This document shows positions 19,304 through 29,921 of a stretch of DNA of 64,000 nt, one piece after another (position 1 is the stretch's first letter; each line of letters opens with the position of its first letter). This DNA comes from Kiritimatiellia bacterium (GTDB lineage Bacteria > Verrucomicrobiota > Kiritimatiellia > RZYC01). The position numbers and the translations under genes were made by a program. The stretch lies in the NCBI GenBank assembly GCA_028708815.1, contig JAQVYB010000004.1, positions 660-64,659 of the forward strand, given 5' to 3'. Below the pieces are notes generated by a model. The model saw nothing but the letters and a program-made list of their open reading frames with translations. It had not been told where the DNA came from and did not search any database.

Positions 19304-20173
19304 CTACCCCATCGAAATTTTGCGCAGGCTGCGAATGAAAATGCCATCCACCAGACCCGCCGGGGCAAAACGCCGGAGAAACGCGCCCAGATGCGCCGGA
19401 ATCGTGACGCAACTGCGCTTCGGCGGGTGCGCCGATTCCAGACAACGCAGAATCTTTTCCGCCACGGCTTCGGGCGGTTTTCGGAAATAATCGTTCATCG
19501 TGTGCGACCTCTCCGGCCCACGCGCCAGGCGCTTCCTGTATACCTTCTCAAAAACGCTCCGCTCCATATCCAAACCCGACCGGCCTTCCTGCGCGGCTGT
19601 GTCGCCAAAGGACGTGGCAATCGGCCCCGGCTCAATCAGACATACCGCAATCCCCGATCCATCGAGTTCCACACGCATCACATCCGAAATCGCCTCCACC
19701 GCGAATTTCGACGCGGAATAAATCCCCATGAAAGGCAGTGCCACCCGCCCCACCACGGAACTCACATTCACAATGCGTCCATACCCCTGTTTTCGGAACA
19801 CGGGAATAAACCCATTGGTCAGCTCCTGAAGACCGAACAGATTCGTTTCAAACTGCGCGCGCATGGCGTCACGCGTCAGGTCTTCCATCGCGCCGGGTTG
19901 ACCATAGCCCGCATTGTTCACCAAGGCCCCGAGCCGGCCAGCAAACCGTTCTAAAACGTCTTGAACAGCGGCGCGGATGGAAGCGGAATCGTTCATGTCC
20001 AGCGCCAGCGGCGAAAACCCTTCCGCACTCAGGCGATGGAGGTCTCCCTCTTTCCGGGCGGTCGGAATGACCTGCCAACCGCGCTGCTTGAGCAGGCACG
20101 CCGTGGCCAACCCGATGCCCGAGGAACAACCGGTGACCAGGACGGTTTTTTCTGACACAAGGGGAAATTTCAT
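19304..20173 (-). CDS. Short-chain dehydrogenase/reductase (SDR) family oxidoreductase
   Basis: TVLVTGCSSGIGLA NAD(P)-binding motif, NNAG, and YSASK catalytic motif; start at ATG 20173. Confidence 0.85.
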   Translation of the reverse strand: MKFPLVSEKTVLVTGCSSGIGLATACLLKQRGWQVIPTARKEGDLHRLSAEGFSPLALDMNDSASIRAAVQDVLERFAGRLGALVNNAGYGQPGAMEDLTRDAMRAQFETNLFGLQELTNGFIPVFRKQGYGRIVNVSSVVGRVALPFMGIYSASKFAVEAISDVMRVELDGSGIAVCLIEPGPIATSFGDTAAQEGRSGLDMERSVFEKVYRKRLARGPERSHTMNDYFRKPPEAVAEKILRCLESAHPPKRSCVTIPAHLGAFLRRFAPAGLVDGIFIRSLRKISMG

Positions 20174-20303
20174 AGTGCGACGAGTATGAATACACCCCCT
20201 TGATGCAATCAAGCCCTGTTTTTAGCAAAAAGATTGAACTTACCGGACCCCTTCCGGTATATTCCTACAGCTCCATCAATCACAATGACTATGGCGGACT
20301 AAC

Positions 20304-23162
20304 ATGACAAAACGAATGCTGACTCGCTGGATGGGACTGGCCTGCATGGCGGTTATCCCGGGAATCCTTGCCTCCGCCCACGCCCAGTATATCACGGATC
20401 TGGCGGCGGGACCTTACCCCTGGTATCGGGGCATCAATGTGCCGGTGGCCGTGCATACCAATAACATGACCTTCTTCACCTTCCACGGCGGACAGCCCGC
20501 CTGGCTGGATCCGCTGGTTATGAAGTATGATCACACGACCGGCCTCATCGAAGGGCCCGTGAAGGTGGGCGACAATCAATTGGCTCCGGAAAACGATACG
20601 CACGGGGCACCCGCCATTCAGGTGGATCGTGACGGATATATTCATGTCATCTACGGCGGACATGGCTACTGGAGAAGTTACATGCACCATGCCATTTCAC
20701 AAAGGCCGTTCGACATCACGGCCTGGAATGATCTGAGCAACATCGAGTCCAACGCCACCTACCCGACGCTCTATAACATCCCCGATGATCAAATGTTCTA
20801 TTTCTACCGGGAAGGCAACTACGCCTGCAATCACCGCACCAATTGGGTGTTTACCTGCTCTACGAACAACGGCCACACCTGGTCCACCCCCGAAAAACTA
20901 CTCCTGGGCGGCGCTCAGCGAACCGATGGCGTGTATTTCGTTACCAACACCTATTACGATGGCTGGTACGGCAACATGTGGGAAATCGACGGTGAGCTTC
21001 ATTATGTGGCCCAGTATCACCCCTGCATCTGCGGCCAAACCACGAACGAAGTTCAGGAAGAGCGACGCCGCCTGCACATTTACTATCTCTGGCGCGACAC
21101 CAACGGAATTTGGCGCGCTCCAAACGGCACCGAGCATACCCCGCCCTTCTCACTTGAAAATATGGATGAATGGTTCCGTATCGTGACCTCCGAGCCCTAT
21201 AAAGGCATGTCCAACGAATTTCAATCCATTACCCCCCGCGACTTCAAGCTTACCTGCGCGGGCGAACCGTTGGTTTTGTACCGCTCCGGACATTACGAGG
21301 AAGGTAATGACAAAGAGATAGCCAAGTGCCTGTTGGCCTGGGGCGATACTAACGGCAACTTCTCAGTAACCAATGCCCCATACACCTGGTTCATGCGTCC
21401 GTCTGCAACAGACACGAACGCGATCGATTTTTATGGAGACTGGGGCATCTACCGCACCACCAACCGCGGCCAAACCACCAACCAGATTGCCGATCCGTTT
21501 TCATCTGAAAGAACGGTCAACATGATCGAAATTCAGGGGGCCCCGGATAGTGCCTTCATTTTGTCTATGCAACAAATCACGACCAACAAAACCATTTGCA
21601 ACACCAACGCCCTTAAACTCTACCTCTGGGGAACGAATGGCTATATCTCACCGATCACCGCCAACCAGCAGCCGCATGTGCCCGGAACACCGAATATGAG
21701 CGTTGTTGGATTTGATGCTGCTGTTTCGTGCAGCAATACGATGGTCTGTGTGTACGGCACTCGTACGAATGTTCTGTTCCAGGAATATGATCCGGTTCGT
21801 AACGAATGGTTTAATCTTGAATCCATTCACGGCGGCAACAATCCCGGCTGTATTACCGACTCCAACCTGGTTCGTGCCGGCGGCGTGTCGATTGCCGCTG
21901 CAACCAACGGCATGTATCATATTCTCTGGAATGAAGCCCCGGAAGTCGGCGCCGGAAACAATAACCTGGTATGGATGAAAGGCAACCCCGGCAACTGGGA
22001 AAATGCACAACGGGTATTGCGCTCCGCCACCATTCCGAACAACCGTTTTCCCCGTTTGCTGTATGATAAAATACGTGATGTAATTGTTGCGACATGGATT
22101 GCCACCGGCACCAACAGCCAGTTCATCGCGGAATGGGCACCCGATGCCGATGCTGCAACGGTCAGCAACGCCATGCATACAGCAACGATCTACGCCTTTG
22201 AAGCCGCCACCTGGGCGCCCTGTATCGCCTGGAACCCTGAAACCAATTTGCCAGGCACCGTGATACAGGCCAAAGACAGCACCGACAAGGCGGACATCCA
22301 GTTTGCCCAGCGCTTGACAAGCGGCTGGCCCTCCTCTCCACAGGCCGTTGCGGTAACCACAAATGCAAACGACTCGTACCCAACACTGACGTATCTTTCC
22401 GACGGAACCGCCTGCGTTGCCTACCACACGGATTCACCAACAACCGGACTTGTCTTTTCCATCCAAACAGATGCAGGCTGGACCAATTACCTCACCACGT
22501 TCGATGCCTATGCGCTGGATATCGCCTCAACCACCCGTTCCAACACACTCTTTGCACTTGTTATGACCGCTTCGGGTCTTGATCTGATCCGCTTTAATAC
22601 AGATACGGGAACCATTCTGGATTCCTGCTGTCTTGGCGGAACACCACCGGATTGGATGGGCGGTCATCTTGAATCCTTTACCAACGGGACAATCTTTGCC
22701 ATTTGGCAGTGTATAGATTCTATTGGCGGAAAGACCCTGTTTTACAGCCGCCTTCTCCCCTGCGGCGCCGCCGACAACGACTCCGACCAACTCCCCGACA
22801 CCTGGGAAATTGAATATGGCGGCATGACCAACCTGCAAAGCGGCGCCCATGATCTCGACACCGACGGACTAGCCGACACGGCCGAATACGTGGCCGGCAC
22901 GGCACCCAATGATCCCACCTCCCTCTTCCAGCTCGCACCCGCCGAAACGGAAGAAAGTGAAGAGGGATTCCAAATCAAATGGAACGGGCTCGCCGGACGC
23001 CTGTATACGCTCCATGCCGCCACCAATCTGACAGACACACCCGCCTGGACCACTCTGCCCGACGCCACCGATCTGCCGGGCGTCGACGGCCTCATGACCC
23101 ATACGGATGCCACCGCACAGACCGTCTCGTATTACCGTATTCACGTGGAGATGGATGACTGA
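20304..23162 (+). CDS. Secreted BNR/sialidase-like beta-propeller protein with C-terminal Ca-binding-like D-rich segment
   Basis: Signal peptide; Asp-box-like motif STNNGHTW; repeated aromatic/Gly-rich propeller-like segments; C-terminal DNDSDQLPDTWE...DLDTDGLADTAEY. GC visibly lower than the flanks. Confidence 0.55.
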   Translation: MTKRMLTRWMGLACMAVIPGILASAHAQYITDLAAGPYPWYRGINVPVAVHTNNMTFFTFHGGQPAWLDPLVMKYDHTTGLIEGPVKVGDNQLAPENDTHGAPAIQVDRDGYIHVIYGGHGYWRSYMHHAISQRPFDITAWNDLSNIESNATYPTLYNIPDDQMFYFYREGNYACNHRTNWVFTCSTNNGHTWSTPEKLLLGGAQRTDGVYFVTNTYYDGWYGNMWEIDGELHYVAQYHPCICGQTTNEVQEERRRLHIYYLWRDTNGIWRAPNGTEHTPPFSLENMDEWFRIVTSEPYKGMSNEFQSITPRDFKLTCAGEPLVLYRSGHYEEGNDKEIAKCLLAWGDTNGNFSVTNAPYTWFMRPSATDTNAIDFYGDWGIYRTTNRGQTTNQIADPFSSERTVNMIEIQGAPDSAFILSMQQITTNKTICNTNALKLYLWGTNGYISPITANQQPHVPGTPNMSVVGFDAAVSCSNTMVCVYGTRTNVLFQEYDPVRNEWFNLESIHGGNNPGCITDSNLVRAGGVSIAAATNGMYHILWNEAPEVGAGNNNLVWMKGNPGNWENAQRVLRSATIPNNRFPRLLYDKIRDVIVATWIATGTNSQFIAEWAPDADAATVSNAMHTATIYAFEAATWAPCIAWNPETNLPGTVIQAKDSTDKADIQFAQRLTSGWPSSPQAVAVTTNANDSYPTLTYLSDGTACVAYHTDSPTTGLVFSIQTDAGWTNYLTTFDAYALDIASTTRSNTLFALVMTASGLDLIRFNTDTGTILDSCCLGGTPPDWMGGHLESFTNGTIFAIWQCIDSIGGKTLFYSRLLPCGAADNDSDQLPDTWEIEYGGMTNLQSGAHDLDTDGLADTAEYVAGTAPNDPTSLFQLAPAETEESEEGFQIKWNGLAGRLYTLHAATNLTDTPAWTTLPDATDLPGVDGLMTHTDATAQTVSYYRIHVEMDD

Positions 23163-23327
23163 CCCTTTCCCGATCCACAAGGAAGTATATACATCTTAAT
23201 ATCAGATAGAGTTTGCATATTGAAATGAACAGGGTATAGACGCACCCGCATCTTGATATGGATTCAGGGAAACCACACAAACCGTTCGGCTGCGCCGGAC
23301 GGTTTTTTCATTAGAGGGAAGAGGACC

Positions 23328-25079
23328 ATGGGCTTTACAACACTGGGATTGAAAACGGAACTGCTGCAGGCGATTACGGATATGGGGTTTGAACTCCCCA
23401 TGCCCATCCAAAAGGAAGCCATACCGGTTCTCCTGAAAGGCGAGCGCGACTTCATTGGTCTCGCCCAGACCGGCACCGGTAAAACAGGCGCTTTCGGACT
23501 CGCCCTCCTGCAGCATATCGACACCGAAACCAGCCGAACACAAGGCCTGGTCATCTGTCCCACCCGCGAACTCTGTATGCAGATCACCGAAGAATTAAAG
23601 ACCTTTTCGGCCCGGCTGCCCCGGGTGCGTGTCACCGCCGTCTACGGCGGCGCATCCATTGCCGTGCAGATCAATCAGATCAAGCGCGGGGCACATATCG
23701 TCGTCGCCACACCCGGACGACTGCTCGACCTGATCCGCCGAAAAGCCGTACTCCTCGGAGAGGTCTCGCGCGTCGTCCTTGATGAAGCCGATGAAATGCT
23801 CAACATGGGATTCCAGGAGGACATCGACGCCATTCTCTCGCAGATCCCCGAACACCGCCGCATCTGGCTCTTCTCCGCCACCATGCCACGTGAAGTCGCC
23901 CGCATCGCGCAAACCTATCTCACCGATCCCGCCGAAATCACCGTCGGAAACCGCAATCAGGGCGCGGAAAACATCCGTCATCTCTATGGCATGATGCATG
24001 AAAAAGACCGCTATCAGGCCCTGCGACGCCTGATCGACTTCACCCCGGACATCTTCGGCCTCGTCTTCTGTCGAACCCGGCAGGAGACTCAGACCGTGGC
24101 TGAAAACCTCATGCACGACGGGTATATGGCCGATGCCCTGCACGGCGATATGTCCCAGGCCCAGCGCGATTATGTCATGCGCAAATTCCGCCAGAAAACC
24201 ATTCGGATGCTCGTGGCCACCGATGTCGCCGCACGGGGTCTCGATGTGAACGACATCACTCACGTCGTTCATTACCGCCTCCCCGACGAACCCGCCATCT
24301 ACACCCATCGCAGCGGACGCACCGCGCGCGCCGGAAAGTCCGGGGTATCACTCGCTCTGATCAACATGCGCGAACTGCGCCGCATACGCGAACTCGAGCA
24401 GCGAGGCAAATTCCGCTTTGAACAGATGAAATTCCCCTCCGGACGAGCCATCTGCGAAAAACAACTCTTTGCCCTGATGACGCGCCTCGTGGAAACCAAA
24501 GCCAATCAGGAGGACATCGCCCACTACCTGCCGCCCGTCTATGACCTGCTCAACGATCTCTCCAAAGAGGAACTCATTCAGCGTCTCATCGCCGTGGAAT
24601 TCACCCGTTTTCTTCATCACTATCGCGACGCCGCCGACATCAATGCCACACATCACAACGAACCTGAACGCAGGCGCTTCGGCGCCGACCGCGCAAGTCG
24701 TGGCGAACGACGCGCCCCGCGCGACGGACAAGCCGACGGCTTCCGCCGCTCGGAACGCGGAAGAGCCCCGGCCAACACCAAGCGCTTCAGCCTTTCGGCC
24801 GGCGGACAGGATTACGTCAACAAAGGCGCCGTGGTCCGACTGATCTGCGAAAAAGCCGGCATTGAATCCACCATGATCGGAAGCATTGAAATCAAACCGG
24901 ACCGCACCTACTTCGAAGTGGAGGGAGCCGCAGCTTCACGCGTACTCAAATACGCGCGATCCGCCTCGCTCGACGGACGTTCCGTTCGGGTGGATCCCGC
25001 CGAGGCCCCGCCACGCGGCAAACAACGCCCCCACCCCGCCCGACGCAACAAGAAGCGGCCTCCCCGCGGCGAGGGGTAG
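23328..25079 (+). CDS. DEAD-box ATP-dependent RNA helicase (DeaD/CsdA/DbpA-like, with C-terminal RNA-binding domain and R/G-rich tail)
   Basis: Q-motif/Walker A (AQTGTGKT), DEAD (VLDEADEM), SAT, HRSGRTARAG motifs; DbpA-like RNA-binding segment near the C-terminus; start at ATG 23328 after a GGGAAGAGG RBS. Confidence 0.9.
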   Translation: MGFTTLGLKTELLQAITDMGFELPMPIQKEAIPVLLKGERDFIGLAQTGTGKTGAFGLALLQHIDTETSRTQGLVICPTRELCMQITEELKTFSARLPRVRVTAVYGGASIAVQINQIKRGAHIVVATPGRLLDLIRRKAVLLGEVSRVVLDEADEMLNMGFQEDIDAILSQIPEHRRIWLFSATMPREVARIAQTYLTDPAEITVGNRNQGAENIRHLYGMMHEKDRYQALRRLIDFTPDIFGLVFCRTRQETQTVAENLMHDGYMADALHGDMSQAQRDYVMRKFRQKTIRMLVATDVAARGLDVNDITHVVHYRLPDEPAIYTHRSGRTARAGKSGVSLALINMRELRRIRELEQRGKFRFEQMKFPSGRAICEKQLFALMTRLVETKANQEDIAHYLPPVYDLLNDLSKEELIQRLIAVEFTRFLHHYRDAADINATHHNEPERRRFGADRASRGERRAPRDGQADGFRRSERGRAPANTKRFSLSAGGQDYVNKGAVVRLICEKAGIESTMIGSIEIKPDRTYFEVEGAAASRVLKYARSASLDGRSVRVDPAEAPPRGKQRPHPARRNKKRPPRGEG

Positions 25080-25132
25080 GGCGAGGCTCTCCGAGCGCTC
25101 TGGGGCATAAGCCATGCGCTCTCCAAAAACCA

Positions 25133-25277
25133 TTTTCCAATCATTGGAAACTTTTCACACCGTTTTTCCAATCATTGGAAACTTTTTCAGCGATTTTTCC
25201 AATCATTGGAAACTTTTCACACCGTTTTTCCAATCATTGGAAACTTTTTCAGCGATTTTTCCAATCATTGGAAACTG
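25133..25277. repeat. Tandem array of 5 copies of a 31-bp unit containing the inverted repeat TTCCAATCATTGGAA
   Basis: Core 15-mer at 25135, 25166, 25197, 25228 and 25259 (exact 31-bp phasing); alternate 31-bp units differ, giving a 62-bp dimer repeated 2.5x; sits between convergent genes. Confidence 0.9.
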
Positions 25278-25293
25278 TTCAACCGGGAGGATC

Positions 25294-26538
25294 TCAGCGT
25301 ATTTCGGCGAAGAGGGGTGGACCGGCGGGAGGAGGCTGGTCATCGCCGGCAGCGATGGGGAGTTCCACGATAAACCGCGCGCCGCCCGTGTCGCTGTTTT
25401 CAGCCCGTATTTTCCCGAGATGATCCTGAATAATTCCCCGACTGATGGAGAGGCCCAGCCCGGTCCCCTCCTCCGATGGTTTAGTGGTATAGAACGCCTC
25501 CCAAATAACATCCAGCTTATCCTGCGGAATCCCCGGCCCGTTATCCTCCACCACAATCCGCAACATCTCTGCATCGGCTTCTCCGCGAATATGCAAGAGG
25601 CCGCGGCGGGCCTTTCGCTGCGGCTCCATGGCCTGCGCGGCATTGTGAAACAGATTGATGAAGACCTGTTCAATCTGTCGGGAAATGCCGGCAAAACAAG
25701 GCAGATTCTCCGGAAGATCCAGCTTCACCTCGGCCACATACTTCAGCTCATTACTGCACAGCTTCAGGGCATCGCTGATGCACGGGCCAAGAGCACAGTG
25801 CTGTTTCTCTTCCGCATCCCGACGCGAAAAGTTTTTCATGGATTTCATGATGCCGGTCACCCGCTCAACGCCTTCGCTCATCGTGGTCATGAAGTTCTGC
25901 GCATTGCGCAGAAAGCTCAACATATCCTCCGTGGCTTCGGCCTGGCCCTCCACGGCCTGTATCAGCGAGGGGAAGCACGTATCCAACTCACGCTGCATCA
26001 TCTCCGCTGAGAGGGAGATGTAGGCCAGCGGATTGTTGATTTCGTGGACGATCCCGGCGGAGAGCGAACCGAGGGTAGCGAGCCGTTCGGCATGAATGAG
26101 CTGTTGCGCACGCGCCTCGGCCAGGGCTTCCAGATGATCGCGGTGTTTTTTCAGTTCCATCTGCATCTGTACCCGGGCGCGCACCACCGCCGGGCTGAAC
26201 GGCTTGGTGATGTAATCCACTGCACCAAGCTCAAATCCACGCGTTTCATCTTCTTCGTCGCTGAGCACGGTGATGAAAATCACGGGAATGGCCGCGGTTC
26301 GGGCGTTCGCTTTGAAGTTCGCGCAGGCTTCATAGCCGCTCATCACCGGCATCTGCACATCCATCAGGATCAGGTCCGGACACTTTTCTCCCGCCGCGCG
26401 TTCCAGTGCTTCGCGTCCGTTTTTGGCAATAATCAGATCGCAAAAGTCCTGCAGTGTTTCGATCAGAATGGCCAGGTTGGCGGGTTCATCATCCACCAGC
26501 AGCACCACAGGATTTTCTTCAACTGGATTCATAAGCAA
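25294..26538 (-). CDS. Hybrid response regulator / histidine kinase (REC-HisKA-HATPase_c)
   Basis: N-terminal receiver (VLLVDDEP...[10 protein letters not shown]), HisKA H-box (HEINNPLAYI), HATPase_c G-boxes (DNGPGI, GTGLGLSIS). Confidence 0.85.
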   Translation of the reverse strand: MLMNPVEENPVVLLVDDEPANLAILIETLQDFCDLIIAKNGREALERAAGEKCPDLILMDVQMPVMSGYEACANFKANARTAAIPVIFITVLSDEEDETRGFELGAVDYITKPFSPAVVRARVQMQMELKKHRDHLEALAEARAQQLIHAERLATLGSLSAGIVHEINNPLAYISLSAEMMQRELDTCFPSLIQAVEGQAEATEDMLSFLRNAQNFMTTMSEGVERVTGIMKSMKNFSRRDAEEKQHCALGPCISDALKLCSNELKYVAEVKLDLPENLPCFAGISRQIEQVFINLFHNAAQAMEPQRKARRGLLHIRGEADAEMLRIVVEDNGPGIPQDKLDVIWEAFYTTKPSEEGTGLGLSISRGIIQDHLGKIRAENSDTGGARFIVELPIAAGDDQPPPAGPPLFAEIR

Positions 26539-26547
26539 CTCCCTGCG

Positions 26548-29500
26548 TCATACACCGGAGGCATCCCACTGTGTATATATCTTTTTCAGTGAAGTCCGTG
26601 CCTCTTCAAAATCATAATCCATCACCTGGCGATAGAGCGCTTCGGCCATCTGTTCTCCCGAGAAGGCCTGAACATCCTTATGAAGGTGTTCCATCAGGCG
26701 GGAAGCGCCGGCACTGCCGACCGCGAGCATCTGATCCAGCTCCGCGAGTTTTTTCTGATACTCCGCCATCGTGAGCGAAGAGACCCCCGCATGAGCACGT
26801 TGTTCGGTTTGTTCCTGACCTTTTCTGGCAAAGGTCTCTATGGCACGAACGCAGTCGGAGAGAACGGTTCTGAACACTTCGCAGTTTTGCTGCGCCTCGG
26901 CCAACCGCCCGGCCTTGGCATCGCGTTCGAGCTGTTCAGCCACCCGCTGCAAACGCAGGAGCGAAAGGTTTCCGGCGGCACCCTTGACCGAGTGAGCAAT
27001 GCGCCCGGCCTCTCCGGCATCCCCTTCCGACAAAGCCTGCTCCAAATCCCGCAGCAAATCCGGCGCGCTGCGCATGTAGTCGGCCAGCAACCGACGATAA
27101 AGGGCTTCATTGCCATTGACACGTCGCAGGCCTTTGGCCTCATCGAGCAACACATCAACCAAAGCATCTGCCGGAGCACCCGCATCCTCCAAGGGCGCCT
27201 TCTTCGAGTCCATGGGTTTTTCAGGGAAACGCGGGCGAATGTGGCGGGCCAGCGCCTGAAAGAGCAGATCCGGCTCAATCGGTTTGGTGACATAGTCATC
27301 CATCCCCGCTTCCAGACATTTTTCCATATCGCCTTTCATGGCGTGCGCCGTCATGGCGATAATCGGAATACCGGCGCTCTCATCGGGCCGTTGGCGTACC
27401 AGGCCGGTGGCGATGAAGCCGTCCATCTCCGGCATCTGCACATCCATCAGGATGCCGTCATAGCGATTCTGATCAAGCAGGGCGAGCACCTCGGAACCGG
27501 TCCGCGCTACATCTGCCGTCATACCCATGGCCAACAGATTTTCCAGGGCCACTTCCTGATTGATCGGATTGTCCTCCGCCAAAATCAGGCGCACCCCTCT
27601 GAAACGATCCGGCGCGAATCCTCCGCCCCCCTCCAACGACTCGCCGGGCTTTGCCGACGCCCGCACGGCGTCGAAAGCGACGGCTTCCTCTTCCGCCGTA
27701 AGCACGCCGAACGGAAGCAACACCGTGAAGGTCGACCCCTTGCCGACTTCACTGCTCACCGTAATGTCTCCTCCCATCCGTTCGGCCAACTGTTTCGAGA
27801 TGGCCAACCCCAACCCCGTTCCGCCGAATTGGCGCGAGGTGCTTCCATCCACCTGCGTAAAGGAGGTGAAGAGTTTTTTCAAACTCTCGGGCGGAATGCC
27901 CATTCCGGTGTCGGTGACTTCGAACAGCAGGCGGATCGTGGACGGGCAGGCACCGGGCGCAATCGGATTTTCCGGGCGAATGTTCAGGGTGACCCCGCCC
28001 TGCATCGTGAATTTGAGTGCATTACCGGTCAGATTCACCAGAATCTGGCGCAGCCGTACGGGGTCGCCCAGCAGGATGCCCGGGAGAGAAGGCGCCGTCT
28101 CCACGCGCAATTCGAGTTGCTGCTGAGCGGCTTTTTCCACAAACAGATCATTCAATTCCGTCACCACATCGCCGAGGCGAAAGGGAATCCACTCCACCTC
28201 CAACTTGCCGGCCTCGATTTTGGAAAAATCCAGAATATCGTTAATGATTCGCAACAGGGCACGTGCCGAGACACTGATTTTTTCCAGGTAGTGATGCTGT
28301 TTCGGATTGAGATCCGTTTTCATCGCCAGATCGGTCATGCCGATCACGCCGTTCATCGGCGTGCGGATTTCATGCGACATGTTGGCCAGGAACAGGCTCT
28401 TGGCCTCGGCGGCGGCTACGGCGGCATTCCGCGCAGAGAAGAGTTCTTCTTCCGCCTGTTTGCGTGTGACGATCTCCCGCTCGAGTTCCTCGTTGATGGC
28501 ACGCAGGCGGACATTGAATTCACCGACCAATTCCTTTTGCCGGTATTTCACAATCGTCACCGCCAGGTAGGTCAACAGCCAGGCGATCATGGCCGGTACC
28601 GGCACCACCACCAGATAAAAGAGGCGCAGAAACAGCAGGCTGAGCAAGACCGGATAAACCACGCAAAAGACCATCACCAACAGCGAAATCAGAGAGCGGG
28701 TATGAATCACCACAAAAATCAGGAGCAGGCCCCCTACCAGCATCCCCAGCAGATTGGCAAAGACCAGCCAGCGCGGCTCGCGGAGCATGTCGCCCGCCAG
28801 CATATTGTCCAGAGCCGTGGCCTGAATCTCCACCCCGGAAATATCCTTGTGAAACGGGGTGTTGCGCATATCGTGCAGACCGGCGGCAGACGCGCCGATC
28901 AGCACCACCTTATCCCGCACCAGGGCGGGATCAAACCGATTTGCAAGCACCTCGGAGGCGGGAATGGAGGGGAATCCGCCGCGACGGAAGTTCAGCACAA
29001 GCATCCCGGTGGAATCGGTCGGAATGAGCGTATCGCGCAGTTCGATGGCCTTCACGCCGCGAATGCCTTCGTCATCATATATCAGCGTCATCATCCGCTG
29101 GTTCAGGTACAGCCGCAAGGCCTGCAGAGAAAGTGCCGCGTACATACGGTACGGGCCGGCGGCAATCACCAACGGCGTCCGGCGGATGATATCGTCCTGA
29201 TCCTTCACGGTATTGAAAAATCCGGTCTGCGCCGCCGCCACCAGATTGGACAGCGAAATTTCCAGGTCTAAGGCATTAAGAAGGTACTGATTCTCCGGCA
29301 CACCCCGAATGAGAAACTGACCGCGATAAAAGGGATCACGCTCGTTGAACCGCTCAATGCTTTCCGACGTGGACGACTCGCCACTGCCGCCCAGATGCAT
29401 GTAACACCCCAATACCGAGCGGCCCCTGGACAGGGACAAGGCCAGCATTCCGTCAAAACCCGGACATGGATTCGGCAAGTCCTTCACCACGGGACGCACC

Positions 29501-29898
29501 CCATAGGCCTGCTGCCAGGTTTCCAGAATCTCGCCGGGGGTGGTGCGATCCCGTTCCGGAAACACGACATCAAATGCCACCACAGCAGCACCCGCCGCCC
29601 AGAGATGATCCACCATTCGCGCGACCTGATAACGCGGCCAGGGCCACTGCCCCGTGGAACGGATGCTTTCGTTGTCGATATCAACAATCACCACTTTTCC
29701 GCTTTGCGGGGGCGAGGCCATCAGGCGCGTCATGGTATCATAGGATTGGAGCGAAACCGCCCGAAGAAAGCGCGGGTTCATGATGGCAATCAGCATGCAC
29801 AGCAGCAAAACCGCTACGCCGGCCACGATCGCGGGCAATCCACGCTCCTGACGAAATCCCGCTTCGGCCACTGGTTTCTTTTCCTTTGTTCGGGTCAC
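26548..29898 (-). CDS. CHASE2-domain hybrid sensor histidine kinase (CHASE2-TM-HisKA-HATPase_c-REC-HPt)
   Basis: CHASE2-like region ([19 protein letters not shown]), multiple TM helices, H-box [17 protein letters not shown], HATPase_c, receiver ([12 protein letters not shown]), C-terminal HPt ([11 protein letters not shown]). Confidence 0.85.
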   Translation of the reverse strand: MTRTKEKKPVAEAGFRQERGLPAIVAGVAVLLLCMLIAIMNPRFLRAVSLQSYDTMTRLMASPPQSGKVVIVDIDNESIRSTGQWPWPRYQVARMVDHLWAAGAAVVAFDVVFPERDRTTPGEILETWQQAYGVRPVVKDLPNPCPGFDGMLALSLSRGRSVLGCYMHLGGSGESSTSESIERFNERDPFYRGQFLIRGVPENQYLLNALDLEISLSNLVAAAQTGFFNTVKDQDDIIRRTPLVIAAGPYRMYAALSLQALRLYLNQRMMTLIYDDEGIRGVKAIELRDTLIPTDSTGMLVLNFRRGGFPSIPASEVLANRFDPALVRDKVVLIGASAAGLHDMRNTPFHKDISGVEIQATALDNMLAGDMLREPRWLVFANLLGMLVGGLLLIFVVIHTRSLISLLVMVFCVVYPVLLSLLFLRLFYLVVVPVPAMIAWLLTYLAVTIVKYRQKELVGEFNVRLRAINEELEREIVTRKQAEEELFSARNAAVAAAEAKSLFLANMSHEIRTPMNGVIGMTDLAMKTDLNPKQHHYLEKISVSARALLRIINDILDFSKIEAGKLEVEWIPFRLGDVVTELNDLFVEKAAQQQLELRVETAPSLPGILLGDPVRLRQILVNLTGNALKFTMQGGVTLNIRPENPIAPGACPSTIRLLFEVTDTGMGIPPESLKKLFTSFTQVDGSTSRQFGGTGLGLAISKQLAERMGGDITVSSEVGKGSTFTVLLPFGVLTAEEEAVAFDAVRASAKPGESLEGGGGFAPDRFRGVRLILAEDNPINQEVALENLLAMGMTADVARTGSEVLALLDQNRYDGILMDVQMPEMDGFIATGLVRQRPDESAGIPIIAMTAHAMKGDMEKCLEAGMDDYVTKPIEPDLLFQALARHIRPRFPEKPMDSKKAPLEDAGAPADALVDVLLDEAKGLRRVNGNEALYRRLLADYMRSAPDLLRDLEQALSEGDAGEAGRIAHSVKGAAGNLSLLRLQRVAEQLERDAKAGRLAEAQQNCEVFRTVLSDCVRAIETFARKGQEQTEQRAHAGVSSLTMAEYQKKLAELDQMLAVGSAGASRLMEHLHKDVQAFSGEQMAEALYRQVMDYDFEEARTSLKKIYTQWDASGV

Positions 29899-29921
29899 CC
29901 TTTCGCCTGCTTCCCGTTTAT

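Noticed and set aside
25133-25277. Possible CRISPR array (regular ~31-bp repeats).
   Set aside because: The spacers are only ~16 bp, not unique (two alternating sequences), and the repeat is a short palindrome. No cas genes or leader are present, and the same element recurs at two other loci. This is a tandem and dispersed repeat family, not CRISPR.
25114-26010. ORFs whose translations contain repeated FPIIGNF / FQSLETF peptides, also at 25175-25423 (+), 32929-33166 (-), 33062-33364 (+), 49530-49733 (-) and 49644-49829 (+).
   Set aside because: The 31-bp phased DNA repeat keeps reading frame only approximately, and these ORFs run straight across the palindromic arrays. There is no RBS and no coding signal outside the repeat, so they are artefacts of the repeat, not repeat proteins.
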